Shown in pieces: positions 23,975-37,150 of a stretch of 64,000 bases of DNA. Made by a program: the position numbers and the translations under genes. The DNA is from Octopus vulgaris (taxonomy: Eukaryota). The notes beneath the pieces were generated by a model. That model was not told where the DNA came from. It worked only from the letters and a program-made list of their open reading frames with translations, and searched no databases. The stretch's first letter is position 1. Each line of letters opens with the position of its first letter. Location of the stretch: positions 112,902,001-112,966,000 of the forward strand of contig OX597816.1 in the NCBI GenBank assembly GCA_951406725.2. The letters are read 5' to 3'.

Positions 23975-24180
23975 TGTTGATGTTTAATCCCTGGTTGATC
24001 GAGCAGACCTACACAAGTAAAGACATTCCTGTCATGACCATCCAGTCTTTCTGTATATCTAGGACTGCATTGTCCAATGTGTCTTTTTGCCATTTTTTTA
24101 AAGATGTAGTACATGATTTAAAGGAGAGTTAGCTGCTATTTTTAGCAGGTCAAGGTACTCAGAAGAGGCTTTTTCATTGG
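23975..24180 (-). repeat. Dispersed repeat family G
   Basis: gatcgagcagaccta...cattcctgtcatgaccatcc...gctgctatttttagcaggtcaag. Confidence 0.65.
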
Positions 24181-25573
24181 ACTCATACACAAATTTGTAG
24201 ATATTTAGTGTCTTAGGTAATCTCAGACTGTAGATAATGAAACACACTGCCAGTCTGAGATAGAACTGTTATCTCTCTGTAGTCACTGGCAGCGGCGGCA
24301 TCAATGTTGTTTATATCCAAGAAAGAAATCTTTTTTTTTATATATAGTTTGTTTATTTAGAACCAGAATTGGTATTTGTTTGGTAAAAGTTGCAGCACCT
24401 GCATAGAGTTAGATACACTGTAATTTAAAAAAAAAAGAGATAAATGAATAAATAAAAAGAGAGAGTTTATTCGTTGCTAGAATACCTGTGGTTGAAGGAT
24501 TATTAGATCAGATTTGACACCACAACATGGCACTGTGACCAATATTGGCTTCTCACTCACTTTCAATACTCAGTAGACATTTTGCCAGCCACCTAGTCTG
24601 TAGTTGGAGTCTAGTGTTAAAACATTTGAGCTAACAAATGCAGAGTGGGTGGGATTTTTGTAGTTGAAGCATTTGAGATATTTAAAGGGACTGGAATGCT
24701 GTCACTTGTGATCTTCTTGCTCTTTCCGTAGAGCATCAGCAAAGTAACTGAAGAAAAGCAGGGTTGGACCTTTTACCCTTATTGTGTAATTTTTACCAAT
24801 TTCTTTGGTTTTCATCTCTTTAGGGAATTCATATATTTTTCTCTATTTTCTTAAATTTTACTTTTAAGCTTGTTCACATTCCTGCTTAGTTTTGTCATAT
24901 ACTTGCACTCTCATTGTTCTTACCATTCTATTCATTTCATATATATGTTTATTCCTTCACACTTGTACCCACTCTTAGATTCTCATATACTTTTACACCA
25001 CCTACCTAACGCTTATGCACACACACACACACATACTAACAAGCATACTCCCATAAACCTATACTTTCACACTTGTTTATCTCTATGCGTAGAAATACAC
25101 CAAACTAATACACACACATACACATAATCACCCCCTCCCCCCTTTATGTCTGCTTCCATACAATGATACACTCTTATATTTACAACTATACATCTACCTT
25201 TCTTTCCCGCCTCCTTAACCCCTCTCCATAAAATGGCTTTTCCAACTTGTTTCTAACAATCCACCTTTCTTTTCTTTTCTTCTCACTGGCTATATCTCTT
25301 TCACACTACCTATATGCTTCTCTCATTCTTTCTTTTGATAATGGTTTAATGTCTGAAAAGTTAAGATACTTTCTCTTTTTAAAAGTTAAGATACTTTCTC
25401 TTTTTATTTGTCAAACTCTGTTCTTTATGTGTTGTCTTTTTTTTTTTTATCATTCACTGTATTTTAATGATGTTTGAGTTGATTTCGTGATAAAAACTGA
25501 ACCTTAGTTCATAATGAGAATTCTGTTCTGCAAAGGCTTAGCATTACTTAATGGTTGCAGTTATATTTTTCAT

Positions 25574-25922
25574 GTGAAGGTGCATAGCTTGTTGGTTAGA
25601 GTGTAGTGCTCACAATCATGAGGTAGTGAGTTCAATTCCTGGACCAAGCTGTGTGTTGTGTTCATGAGTAATGAGTAAGACACTTTATTTTGTGTTGTTC
25701 CAGTTCACTCAGCTGTAGAAATGAGTTGCAATGTCATGGGTACCAAACTGTATCAGCCTTTGCTTTTCTCTTGGATAACATTGGTGGTATGGAGAAAGGC
25801 GGCTGTTATGCATGGGTGAATGCTTGTCTTCCATAAACAACCTTGTCCGGACTTTGCCTTGGAGGGGAACTTTGTTGGTACAATCCCATAATCATTCATG
25901 AATGAAGGAGGTTCTTACCCTT
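25574..25922 (+). mobile_element. tRNA-derived SINE with E-type head and a different tail
   Basis: tagcttgttggttag...gagttcaattcc (box A/B-like), aagacactttattt shared with 32960-33080; 3' half differs. Confidence 0.65.
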
Positions 25923-26119
25923 TATTTTTTCATAGTATAAATAAATCTAGTTACATAAAAAGAGTGATATTTTTTTTGCCTTAAAGTTATATCTTTTAAT
26001 AGTTTATGTGTTTCATATGTCTTATAGCTATAAAACTATATTTTATGGCATTGTGCCTCCCTTCTTTAGTTTGTAAAATTATTCATATAAATGTCTTTAA
26101 TCAATTTCCTTTATTAATC

Positions 26120-26468
26120 ATGGTTGTGTAGTTAGTTAAGAAGTTCATTTTGCAACCATGTCATTTTAATTCCAGTCCCACCACATGGTACTCAGGACAA
26201 ATGTATTCCACTAAAGCTCTGGGCCAACCATGCATGCTTTGTGAATGAGTTTGATAGACAGAAACTACTGGAAACCCATTCTATGTCTATTTATGTTTGC
26301 CTTGTCACCACCTCCACTTGACAACCAACATTTTGGCAAAGAAATATCATCAGAGTAAGTGCAAGACTTAAAATAAGTACTGAGGTTGATTCAATCAACT
26401 AAAACTTCTTCAAGGCAGTGCCCCAGCATGGCCACTGCCCAGTGACTGAAACACAAATAATAAAAAGA
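26120..26468 (+). mobile_element. SINE family A, diverged
   Basis: Recognisable head and gtgccccagcatggccac...gactgaaac tail. Confidence 0.7.
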
Positions 26469-27214
26469 AAATGGTTTATAAAAATGTAACCCTTTAAACA
26501 TCAATCAATTCAAATCCACCTCTATTAAAATCTTCAAATTTTAATTCACATCTTGAGCTAAAATCTTGTTATTGAAGGAAAGATATGAGATTTTAATAAG
26601 TAAATATTTGTCTCTCAATTGGAAGATTATTTATAGTTATTCACTAAACCTCTTATAATTCTTGATTATTTTGAAAATCCAAATCCAAATGCATCATTAT
26701 ATGAAAATATATAGGGATTAAGTGCCATTTGAATTGGAAAGCAAAATTACTACAATGAACAAAATTTGTCTGTTGAGACTTTCTGTAAACTGGGAATTTA
26801 GAGAGATTACCAAGTTTATTTGAATTTGGATTGTACATTTTCAGGAATATTGCGAAACATTCTATCATAATTAATTAAAATTTTATCTAATAATGACACT
26901 AATCTAATATTATAGCAACAAAAATATTTACTAAATGAAATAGTTCCTCATTTTCCTGGCTAATGTTTGTGTTATAAGAATTCTTTTTTACTTTGTTTAA
27001 TTCAAGTTACTTGTTTGCAATTGATTTGTGATAAATAAACATTCATTTAATGTTCTTTCTATCTGTGAATGATAAAATGATTCAGATATTGTTATTTCAA
27101 ACTGTAAGCTTTAGTTGGATGCTTTGAAGCAGTGTTTGTGTTCTTATGTAGATGAATATTTACTCTTTAGAAGAAAGTATAATTACTACTCAAAGCTAAC
27201 GCAGATTGTTGTCG

Positions 27215-27650
27215 TCATCACCATAATTTCAACATCCACTTTGCCATGTTTGCATGGGTCAGTTGAAGTTTATTGCGGCAGACTTTTTACAGCTGGATGT
27301 CCTTACCTGTTTCCAAGCAAGGCAATATTTCTGTATTGTAAGACATGTTTACGCAGGATATAGGAAATAAAAGACACTTATTTACATTAAAACAATGTAA
27401 AACAAAGACACATACATGCTTACACACACATGCATACATACACAGAAATACACACACATTACTATATATATATATATATATATATATGAAGGGCTTCTTT
27501 CAGTTTTTGTCTACAAAATCCATTCACAAGGCTTTGATCAGCCTGTGGCTATAGTAGAAGACACTTGACCAAGGTGCCACGCAGTGGGACTGAACCCAGA
27601 ACTATGTGGTTGGGAAGCAAGTTTCTTACCGCACACCCAAACCTGCGTCT
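27215..27650 (-). mobile_element. Family A head joined through a microsatellite to an RTE-like tail
   Basis: 27490-27650 is a family A head; 27215-27410 ends like the RTE 3' UTR (catccagctgtaaaa...cccatgcaaacatgg...). Confidence 0.6.
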
Positions 27651-27657
27651 ATGTATA

Positions 27658-28970
27658 TATGGTCTGATCAATAGGTATCCGGACTTTATGCTACAGAAAC
27701 AAAACTACAGCACATACCAATTTGGTATTTAATCTCCTTCAAGGTAGTCCCCTTCAGAAACCACACAATCCAGCACTGTTTTCATTGATGGAAGCATTCC
27801 TGGAACTCGTTTTCTGGGATAATCAGCAGCTGCCTCATTGCATTCACTTTGATTTCCCCAACATCCTGAAATCTTCCTTTTAAGCGGGATTTGATTTTAG
27901 GAAAAAAAAAAAAAAGTTGCAATGGGCGAGATCTGGGGTATATGGTAGTTGTCGGACCTAGAGAATGCTATGCCTAGCTAAAAACTGCTACACAAGCTGT
28001 GCTGAATGGGCAGGTATGTTGTCATGGTGCAATTGCCACTTACCAGACGCATGCAATTGTGGCCTTTTCCGATGAACAGCATTCCACAAATGCCACAAAA
28101 CTTCACAGTAGTACTGCTTCTTTACTGTCTGACCAGGTGGAGCATACTCATAATGAACAATCTCCTAGTAGTTGAAGAAAACAGTCAACAGTGTCTTCAC
28201 ATTGTCTCAACTCATTTGTGCTTTCTTTGGTCTCAGAGAAGTTGGAGTCTTCCACTGCAAAGACTGAGCCTTTGTTTGGGGGTCATAGCCATAGACCCAT
28301 GATTCATCGGCCATTATGACCATTTTCAAAAAGTTTTCATTGTTCTCAACACAATCAAAGACACCTTGTGCAACTGAAACCTGAGTGTCTCTTTGGTCAG
28401 CTGAAAGCAGTTTTGGCACAAATTTGGCAGACACGAGTTTCATGCCCAAATCTTCAGTGATAATGGACTGAACTGAACCATAACTAATCTGCACAGCCTC
28501 TGATAACTCAATGGTCATTCAACGATTTTCCCTCACAGTTGCATGCGCATCTGCGATGTTTTACTCAGTTCTGCTGGTTGCGGGTCTTCCAGAACTTTCA
28601 ACTCTATCAAAATTGTTTTGGCCATCTTGGAAACGTCTGAACTACTCATACACTTGTGTGCAGCTCATGCACTCCTCTCCATACATTTTCTGCAACTTTG
28701 CATAGGCCTCTGAGCAGGTATCGCCAAGCTTTTGGCAAAATTTGATGCAGATTCTCTGGTTAACTTACTCTGTTATGGTCAATGCAATGATCACGCACTA
28801 CACACATTCCTTCCAAGCACTGCTGTAAACAGCAGAAGTGAGCTAGATCATTAGAACTTAGTTTGCATGAACAGCAGAGTTCAAGGTCAATTTGTGCCAA
28901 GCGGTTTTACTCTGCGTGCTTTAGCTTCATTACTAGGGCAACAGTTCGGATACTTATTGATCAGACTACG
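27658..28970 (-). mobile_element. Full-length mariner transposon fossil (1313 bp)
   Basis: 28-bp TIRs tatggtctgatcaataggtatccggact / agttcggatacttattgatcagactacg; TA on both sides. Confidence 0.92.
27729..28777 (-). pseudogene. Mariner transposase pseudogene
   Basis: QRICIKFCQKLG...SGRPATS...KLVSAKFVPKLLS...ADESWVYGYDP...GDYLEGD*, with several in-frame stops and frameshifts. Confidence 0.9.
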
Positions 28971-28989
28971 TATTCCTTTATTAGACACT

Positions 28990-29542
28990 TCCTCAAAGGG
29001 TTTTAGTCAAACAAATTGACCCCAGGACTTATTCTATTGGTTCTTTTGCCAAACTGCTAAATTACAAGGACATAAACACGCCAACACTGGTTGCCAAGCA
29101 GTGATGAGGGGGAAAAAACACTGACACAAAGACACACACACATAAATACATGCATATATATAAATATATATGACATGCTTCTTTCAGTTTCCATCTGCCA
29201 AATCCACTCTCAAGTCTTTGGTTGATCTGAGGCTGTAGTAGAAGACACTTGCACAAGGTGCCATGCAGTGGGATTGAACCCACAACCATGTGGTTTGGAA
29301 GCAAACTTCATACCACGCAGTCATGCTTGTGCCTATATATATATATATATATCAATACACACACACACACACACACAGAGGCTTCTTTCATTTTCTTTCT
29401 ACCAAATCTACTCATCACAAGTCTTTAGTCAGTCCAGGATAATAGTAGAAAACACTTTCCTAACCTACCATATTGTGGGACTGAACCCATGATCATGCAG
29501 CTAGGAAGCAAAGTTCTTAACCACACACCCTACACCTGCATC
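28990..29542 (-). mobile_element. SINE family A copy (28990-29331) plus head fragment (29378-29542)
   Basis: Reverse complement of family A. Confidence 0.8.
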
Positions 29543-31015
29543 TGAATTAATAACTAGGTTGTAGGTATGTTTATTATTATCAAACTAATCTACTATGTTA
29601 CTAATACAAGAAAAACTACTAGTGCTCCCTTTAGCAGTTATTGGGTCATAAACTAAAACTTCAAATATTTACTGTGTAGATTTCACTGATTCCCTTTTAA
29701 GAACTGATCATTTGATTCACTAATACTTCCTCTATGTGTGTGACCTTTAGAATACTAAATGGCTTCTGTTTTCATTATAATTATTTGTGTTTCAAGAAGA
29801 GCCATTGTATTCATTTGGGAGGTATTTAAGGGATGTAATTGCTTATGCATTTGATGGCGGCTTACAAAATAATTTGCCAATTTTACGCCTACATTGTTTA
29901 ATATTATTTGGTTAATTTATGAAGAAGCCAAAATGTTCTTGGCTCTCTTAGGTTTTCTCTTCCTCAACAAATATGCTGCGTCTGGCATTTTATTTGTTCT
30001 CTCTTTATATTTATTTGTTCTATATCTTCATTTTTCTGTCCTTTTGCATTCTCCTTTTTCTTCAAGCATTTCTCTATTTCACTTTTTTATTTGCTATATA
30101 TCTAACATTCTCCTCTGTACTGCTCTGTTATTCTTTCTTATCCTTCTTGTTTATCATTCTCTCCTTTTCTTCTCCATTTAATCTTTCCTTTATTTCTTCT
30201 CTGTCATCCTCATTCATTTCCACTCCCTTCATATTTTCCTCTTTCCTTCATTCCTCCTTTTCAACACATAGCATATATCTTAATGTGAGACAATACCATG
30301 CATGCATGTGTGTGCGTACGAGTGTGTAATATTCCATTGAACTCCTCTCCTGTTTTCACTTGAATTATAACTCTATGTATATAATTGAGTTGGCTTTTGC
30401 CTGGTACTGCATCTGTTCTAATAAACAGACTTGCACTTGTTGGCATTATGTTAAGAACCACACCACTATCTTCGTTAGCATGTTGCACAACGATAAAACA
30501 TTTTTAATGAAGAAATGTTAATGATTAGCTGTTTTAAGTCTAATTTCAGATGAACTTGATGTTATAAATTGTAGAAAGGGGATGATTATAGAATACACCA
30601 ATGTTCAACGCATTGTCTTCTTGCTGATTTCTATTTGAAATGTTATTTTGATAATCTAATTTGTACACTGCTTCATACATTTCCGTTCAATTGACTAAAA
30701 CTGGTAGCTAAGCTCTTTCATTGTTAAGTTGATTATTGACTAAAATTCATAAAAATTTCTGGACTAAATAAATCAGATAGTTGAATCACAAGGATATGAC
30801 ACATCCATTACTTCAGCGTAGGTTTGAAATATTGCATTCAATTTATGGATTTATGAAATACTTGATATCCATATCCAATAAGTAAGTTTGCTCCACAAAG
30901 TAACAAAACATGAATTAATTTGATTTATTCCATAGATTAGAAAATACGAAAAGCAAAACATTATAGCTTTTTAATGGCTAATAGGCAAAAAATCCAAAAA
31001 AACTCACACACAAAT

Positions 31016-31052
<37 letters not shown>

Positions 31053-31849
31053 TCATATATATATGCTAGTTTGTAATGTAGGTTTTATTTTTTTATATTA
31101 AAAGGGTGTTTCAAATTTAATGATTTTTTTGTTTTTTTTCCCAATATTTATTAAATCTATTCCTAAACTGAGTTGCTTGTATCAACAGCCTTTCAGTATA
31201 AATCAGTTCTAGTTTTCATAGATTTTTAATGTTTGATGTTGTATTAGCTTAATGCATAACTTCTAAAATAATTTATGTTCAAACTAATAGAATACCAAGT
31301 CATCATTATTGAGGCTAACTTATTATTTTATCTGTTATCTTATTCAGTTGATAAACTAAGAAATGTGGGGCTTGTATCTTACTTCACTCATGAATCTGTC
31401 AGCATAAATTTCAAGGCAAATGATTTAAAATCAATTTGGCAGTCTTCATTTGCTTATCTTCTGTAAAAATCTCATGTTTGAAGAAGTGAATTCACCAAAT
31501 TTTACATTATTTGATTGTGTAGTCTCACCATAATGTTAAAAGATATATAAAAAGAAGTTGTTTTTTTCCCCCCTTATATTCCAAAGTAGTTTTTGTTTCT
31601 TTGGCTGCTGTTACAGCATCTAGAAAACTTCAAGTTATAATCAATGATTGCATTAAGATTTCTTTTTAACAACTTCAATGATATGACCCTATGTTTAAGA
31701 AGTTGGCAGTTTCAACCCTAAATGTTAGCATAAATTACAGAAGTCAGACTGTATGAAGAATACATAAGGACTGTGATATTTCGCAGAAATAGCTTGACTT
31801 ATTTATGTAATGTTGGGGACTGGGAGAAATAAGTGAAGAAGATCTGTTG

Positions 31850-32070
31850 GAAAGCAACTTGCATGAAATGCAAGAGAAAAGTGATCCAAGTGAGTGGTTA
31901 GGCACTAAAGGTATCAACTGGTGTGTGCAGAAGAGGTTATTGTGCTTCTGTGGACATATGATGCAAATAGATGACACCTACTGGGTAGAAAGGCTTTATA
32001 TATTGACAGCAGAAGGTGTCAGTGACTGAGGAAAGGTAATAAACATATGAGAAGTGGTATGGGACTTGGC
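31850..32070 (+). mobile_element. Degenerate RTE LINE fragment
   Basis: LGTKGINWCVQKRLLCFCGHMMQIDD...EG aligns with the RTE peptide at 5944-6130. Confidence 0.6.
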
Positions 32071-32959
32071 AGACAAGATAATAAAAAATTGTTGTTGTTG
32101 AGACATGGGTCTGCCCTCAACAAACAAGCCTTATAATCAAAGGCATTCCAACTACAACCATCTTATTTCTTTGTCTTTAGTATTGTATGCCTGTGACTGC
32201 TTCTTGAGATATGTCCCTTCCTCTTTAAGACAGTATTTGTGGGTAATGAGGAGATTTGCTGCTATTTCTCTCAAGCCATGCAATCTTATAATAAAGACTG
32301 ATTATTAAATGGAATGAATATATGAGCTACTACAGATCTGTCCGATTTATTCTATCAAAAAATCTAACATTACACTTATGCTAATTATTTATTTACATTA
32401 AATATTCTGTTTATTCAAATCATTGGAATTTGCCTACTGGATCTCATCATTTTTCTTTATTATCAAGAAGAAACATGCAAGTGCTTCTATGAACCATACT
32501 ATGTCATTTAAGGAAATAAAATCTTAAATCAGATTTGCCACAAACACCGAGTCTTTTAGCATCTTTCCTTACATCTGTTAAATGAAAGTATCTACCATTA
32601 ATTCTGCCTCTTAATAAAATAATTATTGACTCACTTATGAATAGAACCTGTAGAAAATATGAATGTACAGAGATAACAACAATAAATTAAGTATAGTTGT
32701 TTACTTTGATTATCAGTGTACCACAAGCAATTTGGACCTCTTCTAGTCCAAATGTTATGATAATTCAAAATAATTAAACAACAATTGCCCTTCCAAAGTA
32801 TGGTAAGGTACATGTTTGATATAGGCAGAAAGTCATGTATAGAAAAATACCAAGTTTCAAAGTAGAACATTATTAATAAAAGCAGAATTTATGTAAATGT
32901 GTTGTAGAAAATGCTTATACAGATGTTCATAATTGTAAAGTCAATCGTGTAATTTAGTA

Positions 32960-33280
32960 TTGCAGGGCTTAGTGGTAAGGGTATTCAGCTCACAATTGTA
33001 AGATAGTGAGTTCAATATCTAGCAGCAGGTTGTGTTCTTCAGCAAGACACCTTATTTCACATTGCTCCTGTCCTCTCAACTGCCAAAAATTAAATAACAC
33101 CTATATTTCAAAGGGCCAGCCTTGTCACATCCGGTGTCACACTGAATCTCTCCGAGAACTACATTAAGAGTACACATGTCTGTGCAGTACACAGCCCTGT
33201 CACACATTAATTTCATGAGCAGGTAGTTTTGTCGATCAGATCAACTGGAACCCTTGATGTTGTAATCGGCATAGGAACAC
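32960..33280 (+). mobile_element. tRNA-derived SINE family E
   Basis: ggcttagtggtaagg...gagttcaat head; 3' half matches 57605-57785. Confidence 0.75.
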
Positions 33281-33694
33281 TTTTTTAATATATATTTTCT
33301 TGGATTTAAAGTTCCTTTGCAGTGTCACATGTGGTGAGAGTGGGTACTTTCACTGGGGTAAAAAAATTTTTTATTTTTTCAAAAAAAGTACTTGGTATAA
33401 AAAACTGGCAGAAAATAGAATATGACAAATTGATTTATCAACTAGATTAAATATGTCTTATAATCTGAAATATGGGTGACCATTTTTGTTCTGTGGTGCT
33501 GTTCTACTGGATTGGGGTAACAATTTTTTTTTTTTGTCTTTAGTCAGTAAGTGTTATTTTCTCTTTGCTTTTGTCTATTCTCTTCAAACTTTGCTTTTTG
33601 TGATCTAGACATCAATGTTTTAAAACTGACTTATTTTCCATTACATCTCAGACAGATTCAGTGCTGAGTTGTTGAAGCAGAAATATCATTATAA

Positions 33695-33804
33695 CAAATA
33701 TTCTGCTCAATATCACAGATATGCTTGTCAGTTGCTTGGGCATGAACAGGAGGTGTTGGGGAGCATTATAGCCATGTGTTGATAGGGATTCTTTGTGGTT
33801 TGAA
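33695..33804 (+). mobile_element. Family D fragment in the opposite orientation
   Basis: caaatattctgctcaat...gggagcattatagccatgtgttga is the reverse complement of 42660-42822 with an internal deletion. Confidence 0.7.
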
Positions 33805-34868
33805 AAAATGTAACAAAAACAAAGTTTGAAGGAAAATATTAGCCATTTTTCATACTTTCAAGGGGTAAGCACATAGGAAATAACAGCTGCTACCCAAAGA
33901 CAAAAATCGTGTTACACAATATTATGATAGAAAAGAAAATTAAGTGAATGTTTACCACTATCTTATTGTGGTGAGATAGCAACAGCTACAAGGTAAAGAG
34001 TTTTGAATTCCACATTATATATCCAAAAGATCTGTGATTTGCCTAAATCTTGAAGAGTACTGAATAGCTAATATGCTGTATGTTTGAAGGTTGCTTCAGA
34101 CCTAGCAATTTGATAAAACATTATAGTGGGAGGCCAAAATGAAATGTTTTGCTGTAGTCAGTATATATTATATCATTTGTAAGGCCTTGTGGAGTAAGGT
34201 TTTTACATGTATTATTTTGTTTGATATTTTTCTTTTTTGCTTTGCTATTTTTACTTGACAGCATTGTTTATTTACATAAACACTGTAGAGCCAATAACAA
34301 CAAATAAGGATGCTTATTTGGAAAGAAAATATTGGCTGCAATTCAGTTAAACAAATAATATCGAATTGCAAAGGAGAATTTTTTTTAATATATATGCACC
34401 GACTACAACCCATTTTTAATGTCAATTAAGTATTGTTTAGATCAATTTACATTCTTCTATCGGGAGTAATAATACAAACCTAGACAATAATATATGTGTA
34501 TGTTCTCTAAGGAAGCTGCATATCTCTGTCTCTCTTTCCCTCTGTCTATTTGTTTCTTTCTCTCTCTCTCATCCCCAATTTCTCTTTCCCCCACTCTCTT
34601 TCTCTCTCTTCCTATTCTTTCTTTCCCCCACTCCACTTTCTCTTTCCCACACTCTCTCTCTCTCTCTCTTCCCTCTCTAATATATTGAAATTATTTCTGG
34701 TAATAGATTCTTTGAGACTATCTCAATTGGCAAAGCATGAGACTTAGTAATTGAAATAGCCTCTGTTTAGTCTCCATCATATTACCACTGAACAACCGTT
34801 ATATTTCTGATACTTATCTTCAACAAAAACTTATATTTAAATACATATATATATATATATATACATGC

Positions 34869-34909
<41 letters not shown>

Positions 34910-35614
34910 GTGTACATTCATCCTGAGTGTATGTACACTTAGTTAAAAGGAACAGCAATTAGATTTCAAAGATTGCTTTTCTTCCACATATTAACTGACT
35001 GTCCCCAGAAGTGCCAAAGGATGCCATACTAACATCAATAACAGTGTATATTTTGTTCTGTTTACCAAAACACAAATGCACTGTCCAGTCAAATTTGGAG
35101 CAAATACAGAATTAACTATAGTTTTATTCACAAATATATCAGAAACAAGCAAATGAACAAAAAGTAAATACTCTCATTAAGTAATTAATGCCATGTATGG
35201 TAATCAAGGGCTGTGTAGCATGTCAGGCCTGTTATTAAATGTTATAAAGGCAAAGGTGAGATACAAGAGTGAAATAAGTTATAAAAGACCTAAATTAAGA
35301 GGCCAAGAGATAGAAATGGTAGAGAAGGTCATATCAGAAGCCAGTGTAGGATAAAATAATTAATAGCAACATACTTTGGAAATGGGATATAGGAATACAG
35401 ATAATTAGGGTGGGGAGATTGAGAAGAAACCTGGTTACTGGCACAATGTAGATTATGAATTATTATGTGGTGCTATGTCAACCTATTTAATATAATAGAT
35501 AATAGTTAATTTGGTTGGCCATGGTGCATTAAGTCCTCTCATTTTTTTTTTTTTTCCAATTTTCAATTAAGTGAAGCAAACTTATTTCATTGCTGTAATT
35601 ATTATTATCTGTAT

Positions 35615-36595
35615 GAAGGTGGTGAGCTTGCAGAATCGTGAGCATGGCTGGACAAAATGCTTAGCGGCATTTTCTCCACCATTATATTCTGAGTTCTAAT
35701 TCTATCAAGGTTGACTTGGCCTTTCATCAATTTATTTTCAATAAAGTTGAGCACTGGGGTTGATGTATTCAATGTAAACTAGTCCCCTCCCCCAGAACTG
35801 CCTGTAGTATAAAGAATTATCATTGTAAAGGCAGCATGCTGACAGACAATGCTGGATAAAATGCTTAGCAGAATTTCTTTTGACTTTATGATAGGAGTTC
35901 AAATTCCCCAAGGTCAACTTTTCTCTTCATACTTTTGGGATCAATAAAGGAAGTACCAGTTGAACACTGTCATCCATGTAATTAAGTAGCCCTTTTGTTC
36001 AAAATTCCAGGCTTTATGCCTACACTAGAAAGAATTATTATTATTATTATGTTATTTGGTTTTACTGTTACTTTTGCTGAGGTGGTGGATTGGCAAAATT
36101 GTTAAAACCTTGAAGAAAATATGCACCTTGCTGTATTTCTTCTGATTCTATACATTCTGGGTTCAAATTCTACCAAAGTCAGCTTTACTTTTCATCGTTT
36201 TAGAGTTGATAGAATAATGTATCAATCTATAACAGTGGCAAAATTGTTAGAACACTGGACAAAATGTCTTGTGGTATATGTTCCAACTCTTTATTTTCCA
36301 ACTCTGCCTGTGACAACTGCAGTGAATATACATGTGATCGCAATATAGTGAATGACTCCAGTTCATAATATTTCAAATTTACTATTTATTTTGTATAACT
36401 ATAATTGGTTTCAAATTTCGTCACAAGGCCAGCCATTCCAAGGAAGGGGGTTAAGTCAACTGCATCCACCCTAGTGCTCAACTGGGTGAAAAGCAAAGTC
36501 AACCATGGTGGAATTTGAACTTAGAATATAAAGACAGACAAAATGCCACTAAGCATTTTGCTTGGCATGCTAACAATTCTGTCAGCTTCCTGCCT
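35615..36595. mobile_element. Cluster of SINE family B units (+ strand 35615-36300, - strand 36405-36595)
   Basis: Recurring family B head and core. Confidence 0.8.
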
Positions 36596-37037
36596 TTGTA
36601 TAACTATAATTACTGAATAGAAATTGCTACAACTATATTGACTACAATACTATGAAATAAATGTAGTCTACTGTGGCCACACTTGAAGTGAAGTATTTGT
36701 TTTTGACCCCCAACGTTAGCTTGTTATGAAGGCTTCATTTTGTTTAAATTGTCATTTTGATTACTTTGAGATCACATCATATGAAGGTATAAATGCTTGT
36801 CAGTTTGATTCATTTGATTGTTTGGGTCATCTCATAGATAATGCAGTTTTTTCAATTGCATGAACTAAAGGTTAGAGGCAGGATGGGATAAATTACCTGC
36901 ATCAACTTGCTATTAAAGCAGGTAGTAATTTTACCTTGTCCTTATTCTTAGTACCAGTTTTGGAAAAGTGCAGTTCGATTTTAACTGTTGTGTTTTCAAA
37001 GCTATAATGGAAGTGAAAAAGGAGCATATTCAACATG

Positions 37038-37150
37038 CAGTAATCCCTCAACTATCACATGTGTTATGTTCCAAAACGCTCCGCAATAGATGAAAATCCA
37101 CGAAATAGAAACAGTATTGTACTGTATATTTTTTTTATTATTTCTATAAT
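37038..37150. mobile_element. Tigger/pogo-like MITE terminal fragment
   Basis: cagtaatccctcaactatcac...gttatgttccaaaac...cgcaatagatgaaaatccacgaa resembles CpG-decayed pogo-type ends; one end only. Confidence 0.5.

Noticed and set aside
24244-24292. Hairpin ctgccagt...actggcag
   Set aside because: Short, asymmetric and single-copy; compatible with chance
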